A stretch of DNA of 64,000 nt, from assembly GCF_964188315.1 (NCBI RefSeq), contig NC_135667.1:24924001-24988000 (forward strand), written 5' to 3'. Made by a program: the position numbers and the translations under genes. Origin of the DNA: Podarcis muralis (taxonomy: Eukaryota). The notes below the pieces were generated by a model. It ran no database searches, was not told the DNA's origin, and saw only the letters and a list, made by a program, of their open reading frames with translations. The number at the start of each line of letters is the position of its first letter. Within the stretch, counting starts at the first letter, position 1. Shown here in pieces: positions 33,861-46,234 of this stretch.

Positions 33861-36278
33861 TCCCATGGACCAGAGCACGCCAGGCACCTCTGTCCTCCAC
33901 TACCTCCCGCAGTTTGGTCAAACTCATACTCCTATTTTTACTCACCTGTAAATCCTGCAAACAAACAGAGCAAGGAGAGATAAGTGCAGTAAGCTCCACC
34001 CATCCCCAACATTTCTATCTTTTTACCCTCTGACTTGTCATGAAGGAATGGGACTGTTTAAAAAGAAATGAACATTTTGCAAGCAGTTGGGTTTGAGAAT
34101 AATGGAGTTAATTTGCTTCCTGAAGTCAACCATGTATTGCAGGTGATCACTTCAGGAGATGTTAAAATGAGGAAGTAAAACATGGATTTGAGGCAGCCTG
34201 ATCTATAAAGAGGATAAAGGACTCTAACTGAAATAATTTTGCTTAATGGAATTTTTGCAAATAGAAACCCCTTAGATAAGACTAGCAGGATGCTTTTATT
34301 GTGTTTGTACACCTAATTCAGCTGAATCCCAAACCAAGTGGAGTAATTGGGGGATACCATGGATTGCAACACTGAATGGAAAGGAAAGTTGGATGATAAT
34401 GAAGGTGAGGAGGATAAATAGGCCAAACTTCACTCCAATTAACTCAATGTTTGCCTTAAAATTAAGAATTCCATTGTCTAGTCTATCCATGTCAATAATG
34501 TGTTCTAATTCAAGCTAAACAAACCCAACTCCCTCAACTGTTCCTCATAAAGCTTCCTTTCCAGACTCTTGGTTATCTTGGCCACCATTCTTTGCACATA
34601 TTCCAGCTTGTCATGATCCTTCTTAAATTGTGAAACCCAGAACTACACAATATTCTAGATGTGATCTGACCAAGGCAGAATAAAGTGATACTATTACTTC
34701 CCTTGATTGGGACACTATACTTCTGCTGATGCAGCCTAGAATAGCATTATATTTATTTTTTTGCTGTTAAAACACACTGTTGACACATCTTAAGCTTGTG
34801 GTCTTCTAAGACCCCTAGATCCTTTTCACATGTACTACTGGCAATCCAGTGATTTAGTGCAGTTGTTTCTTCCTGTCAAATGTGGAACCTTACATTTGTC
34901 CCTACTGAAATTCATTTTTTTTAGTTTGGGCCCAGGTCTGCAATCTGTTAAGGTTATATTGAATCCTGATTCTGTCTTTCATGGCATTAGCAACCCCTCC
35001 CAGTTTGGTGTCATCTGCAAACTTGATGAGCATCCCCTCAATTCCTTCGACCAAGTCATTTATAAAGACATTGAACAACAATGAGCTCAGGACAGAACCC
35101 TGTGGCACCCTACTTGTCACTTGTTTCCAGGATTAGGTGTACTCTTTGGATTGGGTCAGCCAGCCAGCTACAAATCCAACTAACAGTTACCCCACTCAAC
35201 CCACATTTTACCAGCTTCTTCCCAAAAATATCACTTTGCCAAAAGTCTTACTGAAATCAAGTTACACTACGTCCACAGCATTCCCCTGATCCACCAAGCT
35301 TGATACTCAATCCATCAAAAAAAGAAAAGAAAAAAAGGAATAAAGAAATGAGATTTGTCTGGCATGACTTGTTTTTTAGAAACCCATGCTGGGTCTTGGT
35401 AATCACATCATCCTTTTCTATGTCCCCACAGACTGACTGTTGAATTATCTGTTCTCAAACTTTTCCTGGTATCAATGTCAAGAACTTAGGCATGTGCCTC
35501 ATCTGTTTTCCTTAAATATGATGTCAGGGGTTCAGGAGCAGAGGGACAGGAGAGGGAGGAAGTAGAGACCGAGGGAGAGGAATCTGAGGGAGAAGTCAGC
35601 GAGGGTAGCCATCCGAGGTCTCTAAGTCTCTCCAGTGAATCAGAGGATTCACAGAAAGGGGCCCCAGTGGTCAGAGCCAGGGGGTTGCCAGAGGGAACAC
35701 CCCAGGAAGGAGGGGCCAGAGGGGACTCAGAGAGCAGCAGCTGGAAATCGGGACCAACTTTCCCACCGGAGAGCAGTAAGGGGGAGGAGTCCCAAACATC
35801 GGCAGCAGGCAGCCTTCCGTCAGCGGAAGGACATGAGTCAGGGTTAGCCACGCCTGCATCAGAGAGCGAGGTAACGGTCAAAAGGAAGGTCAGGGGCAGC
35901 GCGCGCGCGCCAAGTTCAAATGTACAGGAGGGGGGCGCAATGGGCAGTCCGGAGAGAGAGCCGGGTCCCAAAGCCCGCCGGAGAGAAGGGGAGGAGTCCG
36001 AAGGGTCCGCTTCCGAGGCATCCCGGAAAGAAGGCACCCAGGGGGGTAGTAGGACCCAGAGGAGGAAGGAGAAACGTAGAAGGTGGAGTAAGGCTAGAGT
36101 CTTAAGCTGGTGTACAGGGGGCGGAGACTCAGACGAGGCTTCGCTGGTCTAGGGTTTAGACGTAGAGACGCACGCTAGTGTTTGGAAATGGAAACTAAAT
36201 GCCAATAAAGACTTCTGTACAGTTCTAATGGCTAGCGTTGGTCTTCTGTGAGCTGAGACCGGGAGGCAGTCTCTGACA
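33697..36278 (+). repeat. Right copy of the 2.58-kb direct repeat
   Basis: Offset of 7623 bp from 26074-28655; begins within (TGTATTG)3 at 33686-33706. Confidence 0.95.
35522..36278 (+). repeat. 3' LTR core (757 bp)
   Basis: Same sequence as 27899-28655. Confidence 0.95.
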
Positions 36279-36283
36279 GTTGA

Positions 36284-36750
36284 GTTCCATTGTAAAGCCC
36301 AAGGATATAATTGTCAGATTCACCTTTCACTTAATTAAGAGGAATTACTCAAGAGAGAGTCAAAGTGCTAAAATTCCAGGATCCCAAGACCATTGTTTTA
36401 CAAAATATACGTGGAGGCACTTTAGGGCACCACCACTACTCAGCCTTGTAATGGGGTATCTACACAAAGTGAAAATTCCATATAGATGAGGCTTCCCATT
36501 CAATCTCATGGTCACAGTGGATGGAATACTGCATTCGGCGATCTGCATTTGATTCATCCTTTAGGTGAATCCTAAATGTAATGTGACGATACTTTGATGG
36601 AACGTATGAGGGTTGGGAGACCCAAGCAAATGTAAAAGGGTAGCTGATGCTGTCCACGAGCACCACGAGCACCAGCCTAATGTTATCTGTCTCCAGGAGT
36701 CACACCATGTTGAGTCTGTTGTATGCCTACTAAAACACAAGTATTTTTAA
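36284..36750 (+). mobile_element. Old L1-type LINE relic (ORF1 C-terminus and start of the ORF2 endonuclease)
   Basis: KPKDIIVRF and IPYR*GFPFNLMV (ORF1); IL*WNV*GLGDPSKCKRV...PNVICLQESH (APE endonuclease N-terminus). Confidence 0.75.
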
Positions 36751-37546
36751 GACTGCTGTAAGGGGAATCCATTGATTCCCATTACCCAGATTGCACTAAA
36801 AATGTTGTTAGAATCAGCTTACTCATATTGTGCTAAGAATGTGTCAAGAATATTTGTGCAGGAATAACTCAGCCTTGAGCTAGCCTGATAACAAGTTCCA
36901 TCCTCTTCTTGCTGAACAAGGTTTCCAGCTCTGATAATGCCTGCTTTTCCTCTGTGAATGTCACTTAATTTCTACATCCATGTGTATAAAGCTAAGGAAA
37001 GGGCTCTATATAAGCCTGCGTAATTTATACATCTGTGGAATCGACCCTGGTGAACTCCCCAGTGACTGTTGCTTCTTGTCAAAATAAAACTGCATTAAGC
37101 TTTCCTTGCTGTGTTCATAAAATAATTCCAACACACTATTATATTGGACCCAGGACCAGAAGTTCAAGAGGGGTTGCCATAATCTTAAATGCTACTTTTC
37201 ATTCACCATAAGGTGAATGGTGACCCAGTTAGCTATTATGGCCCAAGTCCTTTCTATAAATTCTAACAGCACTTTGGATCACGGACAATCTAAGTTCACC
37301 ACCTGCACAACTCTCAAAATACACATCTGATTCAGTGTTGCTGAGCTGTACAAGACTCATGAGAATTAAACCTTCAGGGTGTGATTAGAAATGAGACATG
37401 AATAAACTCAATGCTGAAGCTTACCACTGTTAGAACAGATAGAGAGATGTTGAGAGAACATCACTAAGATAGTTACAGCTGAATAAGAAAGAAGTAATGT
37501 GATATATTTCTGTTCACAGGTACCAAACAAACATCAGAGAAGCACA

Positions 37547-38506
37547 ATGTCTAACCAGTCAAGAGTGAATGGATTCCTTCTTCATGGATTTGCTGAAATC
37601 CAGCAGTTGCAGATATTCCACATCATCATTTTTGTCATGATGTATTTGGTGGCCTTCATAGAAAACCTTCTCATCATTACAGTCATCATCTATAGCCACC
37701 AGCTTCATACACCCATGTACTTCTTTCTGGCCAACCTGTCATTCCAAGACTTTGGCTCCATATCCGTTACAGTTCCCAAGTCCATTGCAAATTCATTGAT
37801 GAAGACCCAAACCATCTCTTACTCTGGATGTATCTGCCAAGTCTCCTTCCTTGTCTTCTTCATGGTCTCCCACTTCATCATTCTTGGTGTCATGGCATAT
37901 GATCGCTATGTTGCCATCTGCAATCCACTGCATTATGAGACTGTTATGAACAAAAAAGCTTGCATTCAGATGGCAGCCAGTGCATGGATTGGTGGAGTTT
38001 TTTATTCAACTATGTACACTGGGGCTACATTCAGATTTGAGTTCTGTTCTAATGTCATCAATCAGTTCTTCTGTGAAATCCCACAACTGCTGAAAATCTC
38101 TTGCTCTGACTCATATCTCAATGAAATTTGGGTTCTGATTTTTGGGTCTTCTTTTGGCTTCCTTTATTTTTCTCTAATTATTTTTTCTTATGTTCAGATC
38201 TTCAGAGCTATTCTTAGAATCCCATCCAGCCAAGGGAAGCAAAAATTCTTCTCAACTTGCTTGCCTCACTTTATTGTTATTTCCCTGTTTGTGGTAAGTG
38301 GCACCTTTGTGTATTTCAGACCAAGTTCCAGTTCCCCATCAGCATTTGACCTCCTGGTTTCTATGTTCTACTGCATGGTGCCACCAGTAATGAACCCACT
38401 CATATATAGCATGAGAAACAAGGAACTGAAAGTGGCATTCTGGAAACTGATTACTAACATTTCTCCCCCAATCCTTCGGCAAAAACCGTTCTCCAGTGCA
38501 TTTTAA
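37547..38506 (+). CDS. Olfactory receptor, class II (319 aa), intact, more divergent
   Basis: LHTPMYFFL, MAYDRYVAIC, KFFSTC (variant) and PPVMNPLIYSMRN; start at MSNQ after the acceptor TTCACAG at 37519. Confidence 0.94.
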   Translation: MSNQSRVNGFLLHGFAEIQQLQIFHIIIFVMMYLVAFIENLLIITVIIYSHQLHTPMYFFLANLSFQDFGSISVTVPKSIANSLMKTQTISYSGCICQVSFLVFFMVSHFIILGVMAYDRYVAICNPLHYETVMNKKACIQMAASAWIGGVFYSTMYTGATFRFEFCSNVINQFFCEIPQLLKISCSDSYLNEIWVLIFGSSFGFLYFSLIIFSYVQIFRAILRIPSSQGKQKFFSTCLPHFIVISLFVVSGTFVYFRPSSSSPSAFDLLVSMFYCMVPPVMNPLIYSMRNKELKVAFWKLITNISPPILRQKPFSSAF

Positions 38507-38631
38507 AAAACAGTTTCTGTTGTCTATATGCCTTGCCCAAAATTTCCATTTATATGTTTGTTTACTCAGAATTAGGCAACACTGAACTCAATAGGAATTA
38601 CTCTCAGGTAAAGATTGTAGCCATATAGGGC

Positions 38632-38945
38632 TTTAGACTGATGTTGTACTAAAGCTTTGATCCTCCCTACCCATTACCCATGCTAGCAGAGGCAGACAGA
38701 AATTGGAGGACCAATATACAAGCCAAGCCTTATTTAGAGTGAATAAACTCCCAAACTGGGCAAATGTAGCTAGCTCACTGCTAGCATTTAGACTGATGTT
38801 GTACTAAAGCTTTGATCCTCCCTACCCATTACCCATGCTAGCAGAGGCAGACAGAAATTGGAGGACCAATATACAAGCCAAGCCTTATTTAGAGTGAATA
38901 AACTCCCAAACTGGGCAAATGTAGCTAGCTCACTGCTAGCATTTA
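38632..38945. repeat. 155-bp tandem duplication (two copies, no mismatch noticed)
   Basis: 38632-38786 repeated at 38787-38941, with TTTA at the junctions. Confidence 0.92.
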
Positions 38946-41552
38946 TATAATTGAATATAATTGAATATATACTCAGAAATAACCTCATTGAATACATTTA
39001 GAGTTTTTGGCTATTGTGTATTGGACTGCAGATTTAATCTTTCCCATTGAAATCAGGAGGATCTAAAGCTTATTTAATATAGATGATTGTGTTGACTGCC
39101 AGTTGACTGGTAAATTATCACATGTTAAAATTCATAACAATGTTCTCCTTAAAAGCTTATACAGTGGTACCTTGTTGTGTATGTCATTATAGGGATGTTA
39201 TAAATTTTTTTGTTTTCTTTTTATGTCACAACTTGCACATATGGCAATCAGCATTCAGAATGACCCTTGGGTAGCCACAAATTCCCTTTTGTGTTATGAT
39301 TTCACATCCCAGCACTTCTTTTGACATGCAGTCTCCATTTTGCAGATGTGGTATTGGAGCCAGAAGTGGAGGAATGGGAAGACTGGAGAGACAAAAGGTC
39401 ATTGGGAAAGAGCAGGTGTTTTCTATTGTGTTTAATTCCTTAAAAAATGAGGTGAAATGTTTTATCTATAGCCTTTATAAAGAAATGGGAAAGTGTGACT
39501 AGAATAAGCTTGCCATAGTCAAAATATATTAAGAGATAAAACAGTGCAACGTGCATTAGTACTCCAAATGAAGATGGGGGATTTTATACCAAGATTGGGG
39601 TGTCCCAACATGTAGCCTACAAGGCCATTTTTGGGAGTCCTAGGCAGGGCAGGTAACAGCAAGAGGGTTTGGGGGCAGGGTTGCTGGCATCCTGTGTGGG
39701 TGAACTGGTAGCACTGCTCTAAATCTGGTGCTGCCCCCCACCCACCAGTGTCAGGAAGGAGGAAGCAGAGAGCTAGGTGAGAGCTGCCCCCAAGTCCCCA
39801 GAGTGCTGCTTCTGGTAAGTTGGAGGCGCTCCTCATTGCCTCCTGTTCACACAGGTCAATGACCTGGCTGGGGGCTAGAAAAGGGGGAATCAGTGAGCTG
39901 GTGAGGAATGACAGTTTGGGGCAATCAGGCTAGGTAGATCTTGGCTGTGCAGAAAATAACTGCCTGGTGGGAAGAGCAAACATGGGCTCTTGTTTATAGA
40001 TTGGAAAGGGGGAATTTTTTTAGATACCCACCTCTAATGTCTCTCACACCCAAAGCACACACACATGTATCAATAAGGAAAGGGGTCCTTGGATTTGTGA
40101 CTTTCTGCCTCTTCTCTTCACCCTCAACAGGATGGACAGGGAGAGGGATAGTCAGGAGTGCAACTGCATGAGAGGGATGGATTGTGGTGGTAATTGTTTT
40201 GTGGTTACTTTGACTCCTGTTCCATATACTCAGATCTTTCAGGGGTTGGATTCTCTCTCTCACACACTGATCCTGGATTCTCCCACATTTTTGTGTTTTG
40301 CATCTATCTATTGGTAAGGGAGTCACCCTGAGTATGCAGATTAAATTTATTTAATAAATGAATAAATACATTAAACCATTAAATTGTGTGTGGCATATAT
40401 TAAATAGTATTAACTCTATTGTGAACACTTTAATTAATGACATGAAAATTTAATTCAGTGTGTGGTCTGTGGTTTCGGTATCAACTCTTGTGTCCCACTT
40501 GGTTTGAAAGGCTGGACTGCCCTGCTTTAGATCCTCAGTTGTGGGAGTCAAATGCAACCCCTTAGACTCCTCTACGTGGCTCTTGGGACACTCCACAGGC
40601 TACAAATCTTCACCAGTCACACAATCTCCCCATGCCTGCTTCACACCTTCCTGAATTGTTTTGCCTGACTGAAATGTGTCCTTGAGCTCTGTTAATGCCT
40701 CTCACTTGTCAGGATGGAGGATAGAGAGGGTAGTGTGAGTGTATAGAATCTAGCCTACTTTGCAAATGTAAAATTCACATTTATCCCTGCATCTAGTTTT
40801 ATCTCTGGCCCTGTCCAGCAGTGGTACCTGGTCCTGGTCCAGGATGTAATGTAGTCCTTGACTGAAGAAGGTTCCCAATCCCCTAGACATCCTCATCCTT
40901 TCAACACATAGTTGGGGAGTGGAGTTGCACTCCAGGACTGGCATCACATTTGCTGCATAGCCCCTCCTTCTGGCATCCATATGTACAGTGTGAAAATCAA
41001 CACCTTCACCACAATTGTGACTAGTAGAGGGGTCAGTCCTGGTTGGGGTTGGCAACATTGTCTTGGGTGGGAGGAGCGAAGGAGATACAAGTTCACTTTC
41101 CTTCACCCATCTCCTGAATATATATAGATAAATAGGGTTTTAAACCCCTAATTAGACATTGGCCCCACCCTGAGCTTATTCTGGACTGGATCCGAGGCAG
41201 CACAGGGCAGTGGTTCCCAGGTGGACACAGAGCAGGTCATCCTGATGCCCATATTGAAGCCATGGGGCAGATGGTATGGGGGGCGGGGGCGCTGTGGAGA
41301 GGCCTAATATATTTTGACAGTTCCTGCCACAACCTGCACTGTGGTGGGTCACCTCTTTACAAAAGTATGCTGCTGGGACTGGGTGAGTGGCCATTTCTGA
41401 TTCCACCCATTGCTGAAAGATTGCTCAGCAGGAGTCAATGGGGCAGCATGGTAGGATGGGGAAATTAGAGGTCTGCTGAGGAATGGCTGCAAATGCATAC
41501 AAACACAGGCAGAAATATTAGCAAACTAAAATTAGCTAATAGGTATGTGTCT

Positions 41553-41705
41553 TCTGGTTCACCAGAAGCGGTTTAGTCATGCCGGCCACATGACCCGGAA
41601 GCTGTACGCTGGCTCCCTCGGCCAATAAAGCGAGATGAGAGCCGCAACCCCATAGTCGGTCACGACTGGACCTAATGGTCAGGGGTCCCTTTACCTTTAC
41701 CTTTA
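41553..41705 (+). mobile_element. Sauria SINE 3' half
   Basis: CCAGAAGCGGTTTAGTCATG...GGGGTCCCTTTACCTTTACCTTTA tail. Confidence 0.88.
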
Positions 41706-43439
41706 TGTATCTTCTGTCCTCCATTTTTTCAAAAAAAATGTTGAACCAAATAACAAGTTGAATGCATTTCCTGAATGTCTCTATTGCTAGTCTCTGGTAA
41801 ACTCCAGGGAGCAAATCTCTAGGAACACAAAACAGATATTAGTATAATCTCCTCCCCATGTTGAAGAGGTGATTACTGGCATCAAAGCCTGATGGATTTT
41901 CATATATTTTCATGAATGACTATCCAAATACAGTTAGCTGAAGTCAATAGAAGAGAAAGTGCTTTTGAAGGTAAGAGGGAAAAAATTAATTTATATAGTT
42001 AAAATATTACCTAACACAATAGGAGTTACGTAATTGATCTCACATATATATTCTCTAAAGTTTCTATTTAGGAAAATACTGCATTGAATCTGTCCACACA
42101 CACCCTTCTTTCTGGACACTGGAATATTTTTGGTATTTTATTCTTCACGAAAATTGTGAAATCTTTTACTGAAAAAAAAAATAATGTGTTATACAATGCA
42201 GGACCACAATGAATAAAACAAAAGCTGTCTTCAAAATTCCAAACTAGATTTATATTCTCAGTGAATTTAGGGATTCCTCCAGAGATTTTTTTTTTTTTTT
42301 TTTTGAGAAATTTAGTGGGGAACAGTGGGGAAGATGAAATTGGTTTCCTTAAGATTTCCAACATTTCTTAGTAGCATTCCATAGACCACTTGCTTGTTTG
42401 CGGATTTTGCAAGCATAGCATTCAAAATTAATTCAAGGATTCTCCTCAGGCAAAATTTATAAGGAATGTAATAGGAAATCAAAATTTTTTTACATGGCTA
42501 GTGAAATTTCTGAGTATTAATTGGAGTTTATGCAACTTTTGTAACTACAGTATGACTGTGTACCTTAATTGCTTTTCTAGTGCTTTGATGCTAGGATGCT
42601 TATCATATGTAAAGCCTGAAAAATCATTAATTTTCAACGTATCTGGTTTCCATGGAACAGACCTTTCCCATTTTGGTTCTGTTGTAGTCTCATGCACAAT
42701 TAGCTGGAACTTAGAACTTATCCACACTTACATTTTGCCCTACTCTTTTCAGGAACAAGCCAACACTTTAAAGCTCCATGTCCAAGCACTCTCTCTTTTG
42801 CCCCTGAGCTTTGCCCATGAAAATCTACTCTTTAAAGCTGAAGTGCAACAAATGGCAATTTGGCTTTTCCATGGATTGCTGTTTACTCCTACTCAGCTTT
42901 ACAGAGCAAGTTTACATGGAGAATACTCCTGAGCAAAAAAAAAAAAAAGGGGGGGGGAGAATGCTCAGAGCTTTAAAGTGCAGATTGTGCCTGGAAAGAC
43001 TGGAGGAAAGTTAAGTGTGGATAAATCCTTACCTACAAAGTAAGCATACGTAGCTAACCACTGTATGTCATTCCGTTGCAAGAAACAGTTTCATCATGTT
43101 CAGAACTTTTATGCCTCATTTCCTCACTTTCCTTTGACTGTTTAACTGTCTCCATTCTTTGACCACAAATATGAAGTATTTTTTGCCAATGTAGTTTTCC
43201 TTCCCTCAGATATCCCCCCCCCCTCAGAAATGACTTGCTGTGGGGGATGGGAAGTGCTGATTTTCAACTGGGGGGAGATACAAATCATCCTTTGGTATGC
43301 AAATAGAGGCTGTGTGGGGTTAACAGCATAAATCTAAGGGGTCTTAGAGGTTTCACCATTTTGGGGGAGACAAATTATCTTTGACTGTGTTCAGTTCTTG
43401 TTTTAGGCATGTTATGGAGATGATGATGATGTTGTTGGC

Positions 43440-44330
43440 GATGATAATTATACCCTGCCCACCTGGCTGGGTGGAGAGAACCAGTGGCAGTCAACCAGCA
43501 ATTTGTCTACCTGAGTTAATGGAAGTGGTCTCAGATTTGGAGTTGGAGACCTCCAGGATGATTGTGCTAGGGGAATTCAATACCCATCAAAAGACTAGCT
43601 TGTTTGTGCTGGTTCAGGGCTTCATGGCCACTATGGCAGCTATGGGGCTGTTCCAATATGTCATTACTACATCACATGCATCAGGACATATGGGAGGGCA
43701 ATATCTTTTCCCTTATCATGGTCATGTCTTTTCTTGTTGAGATTAAACAATTTAGTAGCTCTTCCCCTTGGATAGGGGGGGAGGCTATTAAAATGTGCAC
43801 CCCCAAGAGTAGTGGTTTCTGGTGAATTTCTGAAGGCTTATGGGAACGATAGCTGCTCCTTCCAAAGCCATAGTTGATCTATGGAACCGAGAAATAACAA
43901 AGGCCTTTTCCAACGGGCAGAATTATTGTAGCTCCTTGGTTTACATTTGAGCAGAGGTATAGGTAGGTAGTTGCAAGGTAGATCAAATGTAAGTGAAGAA
44001 AATCTCATTATGACCTTATTGGACACAAATGCCTCTGCTGGGAGCCATAATTAGGAAATTTTGTGCCATTAGTATGTGGATGACACTTGGGTTTATCACT
44101 TTGTTCCATCTAAAACAGGAGATGTGGTTCAGGCTCTATACTGCTTCTTGGAGACAATGATGGGCTGGATGTGGGCTAATAAATAGAAGCTGAATCTTGA
44201 AAAGACAGAGGTGATATGTGCTCTGAGTTTGCAGAGTCTAGGAGATTGGGGAATGGCTTGTTCTGGAAGGAGGAGGTCTATAGCTTGGACATGAAGGTTC
44301 AGTTAGCCTCAATGATTAGGCACACCTATT
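43440..44330 (+). mobile_element. L2 LINE relic (endonuclease and RT fragments)
   Basis: LPELMEVVSDL...MIVLGEFNTH; YVDDT; MGWMWANK*KLNLEKTEV. Confidence 0.7.
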
Positions 44331-44439
44331 TCTAGCTCTGTTTTATTTGTCTCTTATAGCACTTCTTAGGCAGCATTGTATTATTACAATATTCTGTTGC
44401 AATTAAGAGATACCACTTCTGATTCTTTTTACAGATAGC

Positions 44440-45429
44440 ATGGATGTTAGCAAGGATCAAGCCATCGCTAACCAAACTACTGTTTCAGAGTTTCTGCTTC
44501 TGGAATTCTCAAAAGTTCAAAAATTACAAAGTCTACACAGCATCCTGTTCCTGGTATTGTATTTGGCAACTGTAACAGGGAATCTTTTAATAATCTCTGC
44601 AGTAGCCTTTGACCACCACCTGCACACCCCAATGTATATCTTCCTGATGAACTTGGCCATGCAGGACCTGGGCCAGGTTTCGGTCATTATCCCCCAATCC
44701 ATGGCCAATTCACTCATGAATACTACTCACATTTCTTATTCCGGATGTGTTGGTCAAGCCCTATTCTTCACCTTCTTCTTATCTACTGATTTTTTCCTCC
44801 TCATAGTCATGGCCTATGATCGGTATGTTGCTATCTGTAATCCACTGCAATACCAGGTGGTGATGAACAGGAGAGCCTGCACTGAAATGATCCTTACTGT
44901 ATGGATCACTGGGTTTCTTTATGCAGGTTTGCACACTGTCAGCACTTTTGCAACTCCTTTCTGCTCCAATGTTGTCAATCAGTTTTTCTGTGAAATCCCA
45001 CAGTTAGTAAAGCTTTCCTGTTCTAAGAAAAATCAGATTGAAACTGGAGTTCTGCTCTTGTTTTCTCTCATTGGGTTAGGCTGCTTTATATTTGTTCTTG
45101 TGACATATGTACAGATTTTTAGTGCGGTGTTAAGGATGCCATCTGCACAGGGAAGACAAAAGGCCTTCTCTACCTGCCTTCCACATCTCATGGTATTCTC
45201 CACATTTATGGTCACAGGCTTGTTTTCCTATTTGAGTCCCATGACTAATACAGCAACACATTTAGACTTAATTTTTACAGTGATATATTCCATGGTCCCA
45301 CCTTTGCTGAACCCACTGATTTACAGCATGAGAAACAAAGAGATCAAGGCTGCTTTGTCTAATTTGTTAAGACTAAGGACCACTTCCAATAATATATTAT
45401 TTAGTTTTCTTCTCTGTGTGTGGATTTAA
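44440..45429 (+). CDS. Olfactory receptor, class II, OR14-like (329 aa), intact; paralog of 24272-25249
   Basis: Full OR motif set; aligns to the 24272 gene at an offset of 20168. Confidence 0.96.
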   Translation: MDVSKDQAIANQTTVSEFLLLEFSKVQKLQSLHSILFLVLYLATVTGNLLIISAVAFDHHLHTPMYIFLMNLAMQDLGQVSVIIPQSMANSLMNTTHISYSGCVGQALFFTFFLSTDFFLLIVMAYDRYVAICNPLQYQVVMNRRACTEMILTVWITGFLYAGLHTVSTFATPFCSNVVNQFFCEIPQLVKLSCSKKNQIETGVLLLFSLIGLGCFIFVLVTYVQIFSAVLRMPSAQGRQKAFSTCLPHLMVFSTFMVTGLFSYLSPMTNTATHLDLIFTVIYSMVPPLLNPLIYSMRNKEIKAALSNLLRLRTTSNNILFSFLLCVWI

Positions 45430-46234
45430 GTGGCACCCTGATTTTTCACATTGGTATCAATAGGACCAAAGTGAAACTAACATAATTTATCCAATCAAAT
45501 TTCTCTAAATAATAATAATAATAATGCATGTCAACACTCTTCACTTCATCACAATTACAGATGGAGATTTAAAAAACATTTTTTTTACTAAGAAACTACC
45601 CAGGTCACACTTTTCAAACCAAAGTCTGGAATTAAATAAAGCTGTTGTTCAAAATGTGCACTTATTTTATTTTTTCATGCAGTTCTCAAACTCTATTTCT
45701 CCCACTAAAAAAAAGTAACCATAGGGCAAAAGTTGGAGCATCACCACTGACACTTATTTTGAAGAACAGAACATGACACTTAGGGCCAAACTAGTTGTGA
45801 TGCTAAATATGTATTAGGAATCAGTGTGTGTGTGTGTGTGTTTGTGTGTTTAATTAGTAGCATGGCAAATGTGAGGTCTGCTACATTTGGGGAGGGGAGT
45901 TTTAACTACCCATCCCCAGTGTTTCCCTTCCCCAAGTTGCTTTTGGCTTATAAAGGAACATTCTCATATATGCCAATGGAAACATTCCTTCCAGGTCTAA
46001 TGGCAAATTGGAGGGAGTAATTTTTATCAGGACCTTGACCTTTGATGAAAGACATTAACCCTCTCTTTCCTGTGTGTTGCAGTCCTAATGAAAACCATTC
46101 CCTTCCATACCTGCAATTAACAGCTGCTTGGTTCAGTGCTTAGATATAAATTTGAAATCATTAACTCTATTCAGTCATGTGTTGAAATGATTATTTTAGT
46201 ATTATGCTGCCTGTTATTATGCTTTTTTTAAAAT

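Larger units (their letters stand above)
27899..36278 (+). mobile_element. Full-length, ORF-intact Ty3/Gypsy chromovirus (Tf1/sushi group)
   Basis: 757-bp LTRs TGTCAG...CTGACA at 27899-28655 and 35522-36278 with no difference noticed; gag, pol (PR-RT-RH-IN-chromodomain); PPT ending ~33681. Confidence 0.97.

Noticed and set aside
40750-41106. 118-aa ORF or possible retroelement coding relic
   Set aside because: No convincing RT, integrase or gag motif in any frame examined.
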